64,000 bases of DNA from Hydrolagus colliei (taxonomy: Eukaryota). Below the pieces are notes generated by a model. It was not told where the DNA came from, searched no databases, and worked only from the letters and a program-made list of their open reading frames with translations. Both the position numbers and the translations under genes were made by a program. Of the stretch, positions 12,415 through 23,982 are shown in pieces; the stretch's first letter is position 1, and each line of letters starts with the position of its first letter. The stretch is taken from positions 1,302,001 to 1,366,000 of the forward strand of contig CM068760.1 of NCBI GenBank assembly GCA_035084275.1. The letters run 5' to 3'.

Positions 12415-14204
12415 CCTTCCAGTGTTGAGGTCTCCTTTGCATGTAAGAGGCAAGAGTCCTAATCATTGCGGAGAAATCTCACTGCTCCCAAAACAGCCTC
12501 TGATGAGATACTCGAGATTGTTGCAGCTGTGCTATACAAGCTGTTTTTTTTTAAAAAAACTCTCGCACACACACACTCTCTCACTTGCACAGACACGCGC
12601 ACACTTCCCTTTAGATTATTATTGTAAAGTTATAGCATTTACTTTTTAAGTTCCATGCACTGCAACTAGTCTTACTTTGATCTTATTGTAAATAATACTT
12701 TGGGAATAGCTTTTTTTTTTTTGGGGGGGTGGGGTGGGGGGGTTTGGACTTGGAGGGGGAGGTAAATGTTGGCCCTCTCACAGTCTGTAAAGCTGATTTA
12801 TATACACTGCTGTATAAGCTACTGTGCAAACAGATTGGAAGTCCTTTTAAAAAAAAAGTACGGACGACACTACCTGTATATAACCACAGAGTAAGGGATG
12901 CTTGTGTTATTGGTTATTGGCCTGAAAGTTTGGTCTGGATGTTGGGAGTATTTTCAGTAGGTACAGGTGAAGAGACAGTATCCCATTTTCTTGGTCTATT
13001 TTGGCTGCAGGTTAAAACTCTTCATGCATTAATATATATATGATATATATTTATCAAAATATGTATTATATATGTATATACACATACATGGGTACACATA
13101 AATACACAGCATCTTCCCAATTAATCCTATAAAAATGTCATAGGTTTCTAATAATTTTATTTGAACCTTTTTAAAAAAAAATCCACCCTGTTAATCAGGC
13201 TTTGAGCAAAATTCAGAATTTGGAACCTTTTTAAGGTTCAGTGTTTTATTTTCTGGTCTTGAGCTTTTTGCCTTTGATATTGTGAACTGCATCATAATGT
13301 TTGTACTGCTGCTAGCTGGTAACCTACAATGTAGTAAGTAATTGTGGACTGTGAATTTTATAGGGGCTTCAGAATTATGACAAAAGTATAAACAAAACCA
13401 AATGAAAAATGTTGTACTGTTAATCCTTTCATTAACAATCTATAGATTGAACAAGACACATGGATTGCATTTACCTATATTTTTAACAGTAAGACTGTGT
13501 GATTACATTGTATTCTGCTAAAAATGTGTATTAAACGTTTTTTTTTTAAATGGTTAAGTAACAGACCAAGCATTAAAAAATGGACAGTCACTAAGAACAG
13601 AGAACATCATGGGCAGGTGGGTGGGTGAAATGGGTTAAGAGTAATTTTGCTTATTGTGTGTAATTACAATTAACATTACATGAAATGAATAACCATGTGA
13701 ACCCAAGCTTACCTTTTTGTTTAGAGCATTGGTTGATGCATCAAAACCAGTTCTTGGCAGGCAGATGTGTACTGCAAGTGATGATAGCTGATTTATGTGG
13801 TACTACTGGTATGTTTGAGTAAATGTGCGTTACACTACCTTGATGATAAAGAGCCTGAATTATGTGAAGGAGCATGCTGATGTTTTGATAGTTTAATATT
13901 CCAGCCTTGTTGGTCGACAAAAGGGATACTGTTTCTCAGAAAATAAAACCGTGCGGAAATCCAAAGCCCTTGGTACGATTTTTCCTTTATATACAGTAAG
14001 GATTATCATCCTACGGTATACGAGAGAGCGAGCGTGAAGAGAGAGAAAGGTATGTTGGGTAGCTTTTGTAGCTACTGCCTTTGGCAGGCCCTGTATTTAC
14101 TGTATTTAATTGTGCTGAATTTGCTCCCTTCCCAGTCATAGGAAACTGCTGTCTGTTGTAAATACACAGTAAATACCACACCACCTAACTTTACATATGT
14201 TAGC

Positions 14205-14210
14205 AATAAA
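14205..14210 (+). terminator. Candidate poly(A) signal of the MPRIP-like gene
   Basis: AATAAA at the end of about 1.8 kb of AT-rich 3'UTR-like sequence; other AATAAA at 13942, 14427 and 14611. Confidence 0.45.
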
Positions 14211-14669
14211 ATATTTTTGCACCATGTCCAAATGTGTATGAGTATTCATAAAATATTCCAATGCCAACTTTCCTTCCCTCATTTCAAACTATTGATATTT
14301 TCCTGAATAATGTTGAATATTTGTTTAAACAGAGAATCCTGTCAGCTTGAAAATGTAACCCACCTTGAGAATCAAGTTATGTATTCACATGAAAAACAAG
14401 TTGTCAAGATTTTGAGTTTATGCATCAATAAACATAGGGTTCAGTGCTGCAGGATAGAATACCAGTTCCCATCTTTGTTAATTTAATCCTATTTGCAGCT
14501 TTTGTATTTGTTTTGAGGTGGAAAATCCCAGTAAATTTTTTAGGAAGGTTTGCCTTTTGGTTTTCTAGTTTGCTCATCCAGCCTTTTTGCAATTCATACT
14601 TTTATTTAAAAATAAACATAGGGTAAAATTCTATATGGTCGGCCTCCCTCTAAACCACCATTCATTAAG

Positions 14670-14778
14670 AGATATGGGGATGAGGTGGTTAGATTAAAAG
14701 ACCAGCCTTGGTCTTATTGAATGGCGGGGAAGGCTCGAGGGGCCGATTGGCCTACTCCTGCACCTAATTCTTATGTTT
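14670..14778 (+). mobile_element. CR1-type LINE 3' end fragment
   Basis: ggctcgaggggccgattggcctactcctgcacctaattcttatgtt is a typical CR1 tail; a related copy lies near 9580-9725. Confidence 0.7.
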
Positions 14779-14782
14779 TTAG

Positions 14783-15457
14783 TAGGGAACGGCGATATGG
14801 GAATTTTCCGGATATGGATATATCGGTTGGCTCATATCGAGATATACCGAAATACTGATATTTTCAGTTTTTTCGTACTGCGCATGCGCGCGCGCATCGG
14901 AGTGCGCGCGCATTCGGGGCCTATCTTCTCAGGAGGTAAATATCTTTCTCTCTCTGTCTCTCACTCTCCATCCCTGTGTTTTTCTGTCTGTGTCTCTCTC
15001 CCTCTCTCACACCCCCCCCCCATCTCTATCTGTATATTATCACATCCACCCCGTCTCCCCCCCCCCCCCGCCGTCCCTCTCTCCCCCACCATCACCCCAG
15101 CCATCTCTTTCTCCCTCCCCCCACTCCTCCCAGCCGTCTCTCTCCTCCTCACCCCCCCCAGCAGTCTCTCTCCACCTCACCCCCCCCCCTCCCACCCACA
15201 GCCATCTCTCTCCCCCCACCCCTTGCATACCTGTATATTGTATTCGAGGACTATGACTACAAGATGGCGGCTTTGCACCTCGGTCTGTACATTGTGTATA
15301 GAGATGAGCATTCTGGGTCTTGTAGTTGATTGTGCTCGCATCCCGATTTTTTACCTCGATATACCGTTTTTCGATATATTGGTATTTTTAAAATGTCTAT
15401 ATCGGCATATCGATATGAAAATCATATCGGGTTTTACCGATATATCGCTGTTCCCTA
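14783..15457. mobile_element. Non-autonomous hAT-superfamily DNA transposon (MITE-like, 675 bp)
   Basis: TIRs TAGGGAACGGCGATAT and ATATCGCTGTTCCCTA (15/16 complementary); perfect 8-bp TSD GTTTTTAG at 14775-14782 and 15458-15465; subterminal GATAT/ATATC repeats; no transposase ORF. Confidence 0.92.
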
Positions 15458-15585
15458 GTTTTTAGTATAATGCACTTTTCTTGTATTTTTCTATTAAACA
15501 TTTGAGAAAATATTCACCTCCTGGAGGGGCACATAGTTCCACATGGACTTTGAATAAAATTGCATCTCATACAAACATTGTTAGA

Positions 15586-15614
15586 TTTATTTCCAAAACC
15601 TGCTCATTTTTATT
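15586..15614 (-). terminator. Candidate poly(A) signals of the RAI1/TCF20-like gene
   Basis: Two AATAAA on the minus strand (TTTATT at 15586 and 15609), ending about 3.8 kb of 3'UTR-like sequence. Confidence 0.45.
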
Positions 15615-18600
15615 CATGGAAAGAAATATACAGAAATGACATGAAACTATCAACTTGAATCAAGGCTGTTTTTCTTTTTTAAAAAAAGCACAAAATTCTT
15701 GCAGCCCAATTTATGAGAATTGTTTGCTTAAAAAAACAATCCTCACAGTTCATTCAGTTGAAGACCAGTGGCCAGCACAAAGGGGACAAAACAGAATGTG
15801 AAACGCCATTCAATCGCAAGCCGTGAACTTGACTTTTCAGCAAGGTTTTCTACAGGAAACCAATAGCAGAGGCTCCTGTTCTGTCAACAAAAGGTAATGA
15901 ACGAATGTTTCCCAGAGACCTCTGGTGCTAATCAGTGCTTCCGCCTGCTGAGCTTTCAATCACTGTTTACTTCTTGCGACAATCTGCAGTGGAACAGTTC
16001 TGCATTTTTAATTACATAAAGCAGGAGGATGTACTGCAAGTCTGCTCACAAAGCAGCTGTACAACGTTTAAATCCATTTTAATATGTTCTTTATTGGTCT
16101 TATCCCCCCTCCCTCAATCTGCCCAGAATAGGTGCACTTCCTGTCTGCTATGAATCAATGCATGAAACAAACAACCCATTAAAGCACAGCTGAAATTGTT
16201 ATAAGCTTTGCTAAAGACTCCAGTATCAATAGCAATGGGAATAGTGTGAATGGTGTCTGTCTGACCTGATACAGCAATTCACATTGACACTTGAAAAAAA
16301 ACTAATGGGACAAGGTAAGTAAGCCATTAATGCAGATAGCACTGGAAATGAAGAAAGAATCTTGCTGCTAACAGATCGATTTCTGCACAGAGGTCACAGC
16401 AAAATACAAACATTTGTAGAATCGAAGGTCAGCACAGGAGAGACTGCCATGAGGAAAATGCAGTGACGTACATGGTGGTTTGGTTGACAACATGCAAACT
16501 GCCTTAAAATGCCTAGCTGACTACAACACAAAACTATACTAACATTTGTAAACGTTCTTCAGAACAATTCAGATACATTGACAAAGTGATGGAAGGAAAA
16601 CAGAAAATGTGAATTGTTCAAAAACATTTATAAAAGCTGTTTTAACCCCCCTCTCCATTAAACAGACTCATTTGTTTTTGCATCTACCATACATGCAGGT
16701 TTGTTTTCAGCCTGCTTCCCATTTTGATAACTGAATACAAAGTAATAGCTAAACACCGTAAGCATTCAGAGAAAGTGGTTGAAACTATGGTTACCTCAAA
16801 CATCCAGTAAGGGGTCTCTGAACTGGCTTCACGGTGTGTCACGCCTGGCTGTGTCCATCCAGGGAGAGTGCACATTCCATTCTGACCATCTATCTCTGGG
16901 ATTTCCATTTGGAGGTTGGACGCATGGAAATTTCAACTTGGTTTGGATACGTTTAAGCACGGTGATGGGTTTCTACTTGTGTAGAGTCACCCGGCTGGCC
17001 AAAAAAAATCCAATGAGACTCACACTAAGCTACAGCCCTACACAACTGACATCCGAAACCTGTTGCAGTTACTGATAACTGCATTAAACCTCAACGTTAA
17101 ACAACATCCCCTCTGCAATCTTACCTATTTCTATTCCCGTCGGGCCATATGCTCCAAATTACTTCTAATAAATAGTTATTCATTTTCCACATGAATGGGT
17201 CTTTGAAAGACCCTGCTCTCAATGGTAAGATGTTTTGCTAGTGCTAACGGTACACTTCCCTACTGTTACAGCATGCAATGCAAGTATGAGGAGGAATGCA
17301 AGTGAAGCCTTAAAAGAGTGGAAGATATTGCCATGAGAGGAAAATAGATGAAAGGGAAAACAAAGGAAACGCCGGAAAGAATGAATATGGCAATAAAACA
17401 GAATAAAAGATAGGGAAAACAAAGAGGTAACACTTTAGGCTTGCTCATACTCCTTGTAACTAGCTATTTTCACAGAACTATATAAAATAAATTGTGCAAC
17501 TGCTGCTAGATGGTCCTACTATAGTTATTCCAAACATATACAACAACAACTTGCATTTATATAACACCCTTCATGCAGGGCACTGTCTGAGCGCTTAATA
17601 CAGCAAAATAACATTGCGTAAATTTATACAAGACCCCAGAGGGTGGACATTGTGAAGATAAAGGAACAGATGCAACATTATCTGCTCACCAAAGCAGCCT
17701 TTAACATAATTCACACAGTTCACATCAGATTCATGGAAAGAAAATTGCACTTCTGGGCTTAACTAAACTGGTCTATTACAAAGGTAGGTGACCAATATGT
17801 TTAAATTCGTTAGTTTAACATGGGTTAAACTAACGAAGTGGGAGTTTTAAATTAGTCCATATTATGGTTGTCAAAGCCATCCTTAAATAAATGGCTGTCC
17901 ACCATTGTTGCTAACCAGTCATTTGTACCAGTGTATACACGAATGGCTCAATCCAATTAATAAAATCATTTTGAATCAGAAATGTCAGACTGATTTAAAA
18001 AAAACGATAACTTCATAAACAATCTGATAAGAGATGATGCAAAAAGTACAGAACTAAAAGTAGAAATGGGAGTATAAGAAATCACTGCTTATAATGAAAA
18101 GGATTACAGAGTTTTGTGGGATTGCCCATTGAACAGCACAACTTTCAAAAAGAATAATTCAGGACTAAGTGTATTAGAAAATCTCAGCGAGCAGGTTATT
18201 TTGTTTAGTAGCTGTTTGACATACTTTTTAAATTAAATTTTTCCAAAAGGTGTCGACTGCAATTGGTCACAGCACAATGACTGAATCATATATAATTAAC
18301 CTAACTCAGTACTAATTCTTTCAAAAAAAATTATTTCATCACTCAGTCCACGAGTGTTTATGGGACCTTGCTGTGCGTTTAACCCACAACAAATTCAGTC
18401 AATTCACATTACATTATATTGGGTGAAGCGCTTTGAGACGTCTTGAAGATGTGATAAGGCGCTATATCAAATGCAAAGATTATTATCAACATTACTATGA
18501 TGTGAACTGCCAAGCCACGCTAGCTCATCTCAACAGCAGAACACTGGTCACAAGTGCAAGTTAGAAAGACTGTTCGTATAGGTCAATGCTGCACATATAA

Positions 18601-19391
18601 TTAGGTCTACAGAGTAATGAGAGAAATTCAGGTGCTACAAGTACTCTCCATTACAGGCAAGGGCATTCTAGATCATGATGTACATTACAGCACGATACCA
18701 TGATGTATAAATATTCTAAATGTACGTAATACATCTCAAGCAAGACCACTGGTCATTTCAACCCTGCCAATACACATGGAAGCAATATCTATATAGGAAC
18801 TAATGTACTGGGTATCTAGATCACTTTCTATTCTAGTTTGTGCTCTGATCGGACTATGAACATCAGGCTCGTCTTCTTGAAACAAACCTGCAGTTGTGGC
18901 TTCTTCTGGTAAACGTAGTGGATTTCTACTGAATTCTGGAGTAAAGCACACAGACAGACAATGCAGATAAAATCTAGAACAGGAACGGAAAAATAATCTT
19001 AAATGAAGTAGAGTCATCTTGGAAGTATGAATGTGAACCAATTTCTATTTAGCATAACGGCTGCAATAAAGGGCATGGGAGACCACAGTGTTCTCTGTCA
19101 GTATCTTCCGTTTGTTTCATTGCAAGAGCAACATGCAAGTTTATTTCTCCCTCAAATAGGACATCCATCTCAAACAAACTGTAGGAGAGAAACATTAGGA
19201 GAATGTTAGCTGGTAAACCATTGGTTGACAAAAATGTACATTTTTCCCACAATATACAATCAATTTTAACTTTACAGGAAAGCGCTTTGAGACATTTTGA
19301 AGAGGTGATAAGATGCCATCACCGACTAAGCAATCATTTGAATCATTGGATATACTTACAGCTGAAGCAAATTTAGGCTGCAGCGTCACTG

Positions 19392-19439
19392 TCACCTACT
19401 TTCTCCTTTTGCTGAAACTGATCCTTTCAGAACTTTGTC
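19392..19439 (-). CDS. RAI1/TCF20-like terminal coding exon, DKVLKGSVSAKGESR*
   Basis: Pyrimidine tract ttttttcttccttatgtcccag|; phase 0; resembles the TCF20 tail NKTAKGSLSTEQSERG*. Confidence 0.75.
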   Translation of the reverse strand, partial: DKVLKGSVSAKGESR

Positions 19440-20111
19440 CTGGGACATAAGGAAGAAAAAATTATCATTTTCCATGTGGTACTTAATTCTAAAATCCCAT
19501 CTTACATTGTCACATCTCAGATGCCCCCAGGGATCAACTAATTTGACTGTGGTACACAAGGAGGAAAATGTCAATCACATTCAGGACATTAAAACAAAAT
19601 GACAACGCCCAATATATTGACACGATCACTGTAGCTTTACATCTAACTGCACCTGAAATCTGAATAAAGAAACACTGACTGGTGATCACATCTCATTATA
19701 TGGCTGGTTTGGATGTTATGTCCCAAACTACCATGTTATACAACAACAACAAAATTACATTTATAAAGCACATTTCACTTCGGGAGGATGTGATGTTATA
19801 ACAGGACTCTTGTACTGTACATACAAATACTTTGAAGACACAGAGGTAGTCAAATAAGAATGTAATTCCTATGCAGACACATTGCAATATTATCACAACA
19901 AGTTTTAAGTTTATTTAGGCATTGTATTAATACAGTACTAGAATCTACAAGTTTAGGATTAAAACGTGGTCTGAGCACTCCCTCAGTGCTCTTGTGCTTA
20001 ACCATACAGAGCAGGCGGACACAGCTTTGAATCCTGGCCCTTTGAAATCGCAAATTAATTAACAGAGCAAAACATTAATGAAATGCAAAGTGAACTGCAC
20101 TTTCATCTTAC

Positions 20112-20161
20112 CTTGTGTTTTACACATTTCATTGAGAAATTATCTTCATTTAGCAAACATT
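20112..20161 (-). CDS. RAI1/TCF20-like ePHD exon (CLLNEDNFSMKCVKHK)
   Basis: 50-nt exon, ctacag| and |gtaaga; matches recalled RAI1 CIFIEENFSLKCPKHK in sequence and size; not in the ORF track. Confidence 0.95.
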
Positions 20162-20959
20162 CTGTAGTAGAAAAACAAATAGAGGCCAATCAGGATTCCT
20201 TCCTTTGTTATTATATCCAATTAGAACAAACATTCAGGACAGCAACTGCAGAGCCCAAATGCAGGTTGATGGGCCACAGACAACAAGACGAGTAGAAAGA
20301 TAAAATTCACTGCTTCACAGCAAACAAGTGTCAATTTTCAGTAGATAAAAACACAACAATGGTTTAAGAATGGATCATAGCACCTGGCACATCATACATC
20401 AGCACAGATTCAATTAACTGTTAACCACAATCTTTCATTGCAGGTTCTGTGGGTGTACTTTAACTATCTTTATATTCTTCAGCAACTGAAATTAATTTGC
20501 CATGAATCATTTGACTTCCATCACATTAATTCACCAAACAAAATAAAAACACAATAAAAAAAATTAACAAATACTGATTTAGTCATGTTAAATATTCGTC
20601 AAATACTTCAAATGAAACCCTAAAATTTGGAAATTTACTTAAAGATCTGTTAAAGATGCATAAAATATTGTTACTGACAAAGCTAAAATGAGATATGATC
20701 CATTCTTCACTTTTATTTGCTTTACACTTCCCATTTGTTTTGCCCATTCGCAATTGAATTTGCAAATTGGAATTTTATTAACTGAACAAAAGAAGATGAA
20801 AATGACATTAAAATATTGCTAAATACAAATAAGAAGCCACTGGGGATTAAAGAATGGGATTTTAATTACAGATTAAAAAGATTTATTATTTCCAGCACAA
20901 CAAACATTTACCTTCCTTATCGTAAACCATTTAATGATGAACAACAGAAAGATACTCAC

Positions 20960-21053
20960 TACTTTCTACAGCACAGGCATAGTGGTACTTAAGAGGGCAA
21001 CCTTTAAAATAGCAGCCTAAAGTGGCACCAGTTTTCTGGCATTTGGAGCAAAT
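20960..21053 (-). CDS. RAI1/TCF20-like PHD exon (ICSKCQKTGATLGCYFKGCPLKYHYACAVES)
   Basis: 94-nt exon, caacag| and |gtgagt; CxxC-GATLGC-C-YHYxCA PHD motif; not in the ORF track. Confidence 0.96.
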
Positions 21054-21979
21054 CTGTTGAATAAAAAAGGTCAGCATTAGAATGGTATGAAAAGCTAAAG
21101 ATACGAAACAACACCTTGGCTTGGCCTACGAGACTATTGCATTTTCAAACAGTACAGAATCCCAGCAATATCTGTAACCCTATCAGATTCTGGAAGCCAG
21201 TTTTGTGCAGTTGTTAAAAGTTAGCTTCCAAATTAAGATTGAAATATGCACACATCTTACCCAATTCTGGAAAGTACTGTATTAGGCATGGTTAGCAAAA
21301 GTCAAGGCCTAACTAAGGACCCCAACAACAAAATTACATTTGTAAGCGCCTTTCACGTCAGGAGAGCTCCAGAGCATGCATTGGATAGTGCTGGAGTTTA
21401 ACCAGAGTACTAATACTGTCTGGGACCAGCTAGGACCACCCAACAAGATAGTCAACCTCTCCAAGTCCTGCCATTGAGCTAGGTGGTCTATTATATACAG
21501 TTATTTGGGAACAGCACAGTTATCTAGCTCAGGACCACCAGCCAAGTCAGCTGCAGGATTCTTTTACAGTCAATATTCCATTATCAGGCACGTTACCGTG
21601 GAACTAGCTAAACCACAAGGAGACCTTGGGTACCCCTCCCATCCACCGAGATAATCACTGGTTGGATATTAAATCAACAAATATGCCTGGAAATACACAA
21701 TCACGATACACTAAAATCAGATAAATTGTTTTGAGACATTGGCATGGTGGTGAGTGGCCTTAATGGGAGGCAGCTGGGTGGCCTAAATTAGCTCCAGGCT
21801 TGCCACAATAAGCTACCGTTCAATGAAAGGAGCAGTTAAAGCATCACACAATTGGGATGTTCGGTGCAGAAACTATTTTAGTTAGTTGTTCAGTTATTAT
21901 TGTGTGCTAACAATCATACTGCACAAGCTTATTAACATTTCAACTGTTTGAGACGATTGTTAAATGATAAATATTGTAG

Positions 21980-22545
21980 GATGCAAAATTTAACATTCTG
22001 AAGACAGCTGTAAGTCCAACCTGACTCCTAGGTTACCCACCTGTTTAGTAAGTCTGAGGAAGGTCTTGAGACAGATATTGAAGGAGGTGAGGGATGGGGA
22101 ACTCTGGAATGGAGTTCCAGAGAGTGGGGGAGATGAAAACTTGACACTGATAGTGGGGTGGGCAAGGTGGGAGGCATACAGCAGAACTGAAGGCACATGT
22201 GGGTTGGTGGGATTTAAGGATGGGCAAGACCTTGGAGGGATTTAAAAGTGAGCATGAGGATCTTGAATTCAATCCTCTGAGGATGGGAGCCAGTGGAGCT
22301 GGGCGCGGACGGGGTGATAGGTTTAGAGCCTAATGCGGGAGAGGCCACAAGCTGCAGTTTTGGTTGGTCTACAGCTTGTGGAGAAACGAGTTGGGAAGTT
22401 GGATGAGCAGAGTTGGTGTAGGCTAGCGTGGGAATGAAGAAAGCATTGATAAGGGTGTTAGGGCCCAAGTGGAGAGGTAGTGGTGGAGGGAGGTAATGTT
22501 GTGGAGGTGTGGGAAAGCTGGACAGATCAGAGTTGAACAACACAG
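21980..22545 (-). mobile_element. Degenerate L2 LINE fragment (RT C-terminal region)
   Basis: Frameshifted remnants such as NLGVRLD, LINAFFIPTLAYTNS and RIEFKILMLTFKSLQGL. Confidence 0.75.
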
Positions 22546-23982
22546 GAAAAAAAAGGAATAAGGGATAGAGAATGTGGAATAATATCTCAGATATTTACTG
22601 TTAACTTGAGAACTGCTCACAAAGTAAAAAAAAATTGAGCTCTGTATTAAATGGAGGTAGCCATGATCTGCCCAAATTTAATTCAAATGACATAGAAATA
22701 ATAGTCAAGCTTAATTATGACAATCTCACGGGGATTGGCAAATCTGTTGCTCTGATCAGACATTCATCACATCATAGTTTGAGCCCTTCTACTGACTACA
22801 ACAGAATTTCTACTGGGACTGTATCTATTCAAAGCAACTTCAAACAATAGATTGTGACAACATGGTTCCACACAAATTCAACTAAAAAGAAGCAAGCAAG
22901 GCTGCCTGTCCCTGTGTGATTCAAAAGCTAGGGATCAGGCAATCAGAAACTACAAAAGTCCAGCTGCACTTCCCTGCAATGGCTAGACTCCAAAATAACA
23001 AGATAATTACCATATTTACTTGAACCAAGGCACCAAGAACATAAGGCATTGGCAGATTTAAGGGACATAGGGGCAAGGGACTTTATTCCAGTTTTACAAT
23101 TCCATTGCTTCCAAAGAGCATCCTGATTACGGAAAATTTATGATAAACTTTCACTTTCAGAGTTAATATAAATAAATTCTACTTTGTTTATCAAAGAAAA
23201 CAGGAACCTGCCTGTTCCATGTTTTAGGTATTTCAACACACTGCACCACAGAATAGGAGTACATGAGAATGTAACTGCACTACTTCATTGAATTACTGAC
23301 TCCACTATTTTAAACTGAGGTTATTAGGAATACTGAAATGAAGAGACATCTCAAATTCTAGTTGTGAACCTCATATGGCATTGCTTAATGGCCTGTGTGG
23401 AACAGGGAGATATTTTAGGATGGAATCCCAGCTTTAGCAAAATGTCATTGTCTGAGGGCAGATAGGAAAGATATACCCACGTTTGCCTACAAAATACACA
23501 CACTACACTTTACTGTAAGTATTGTGAGGTGCCTTGAGAAGTCCTCAATCATGAAAGGCGGAATAGAAAATGAAAGTGACAAGTGGAGCCTCAGTAGACT
23601 TGTAATTTTTTTCCTTCAGGAAGCTTTGTTCCTCCTAAGGTGTTGATGCCTTGACAATTGTATTGTTTTCACTGCGTTGCGTTTAAATTTAATTACACAA
23701 TATATGAGGTAAAATTGACTAAATTTAGCAGGGCTTCATGTGGACTAGATGAAAAGCAGCTGATTGAATTATGCAAAGCTGAATGTAGCGCAAATAATTC
23801 AATGCAGTATTTGCAGCTTTCTCCACAAGGATAGCTTTTGAATGTTTTGACATTTGTATCGTTAGCATCACTACCATCATGAGTAATCAAAGTTCAAGGA
23901 ATAATACAAGTCTCAACATATGCAATAAAAAGTATTTACAGTTGCATAATATAACAATTTCTCCCTCCACCACCCCACTTAC

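Noticed and set aside
14773-15465. 230-aa and overlapping Pro/Ser-rich ORFs
   Set aside because: They arise from the low-complexity C-rich interior of the hAT MITE; no transposase motifs.
23887-23982. C-terminal 31 aa of the 1254-aa ORF
   Set aside because: Read-through past the gtaagt donor; the PHD finger continues in the exons at 21053 and 20161.
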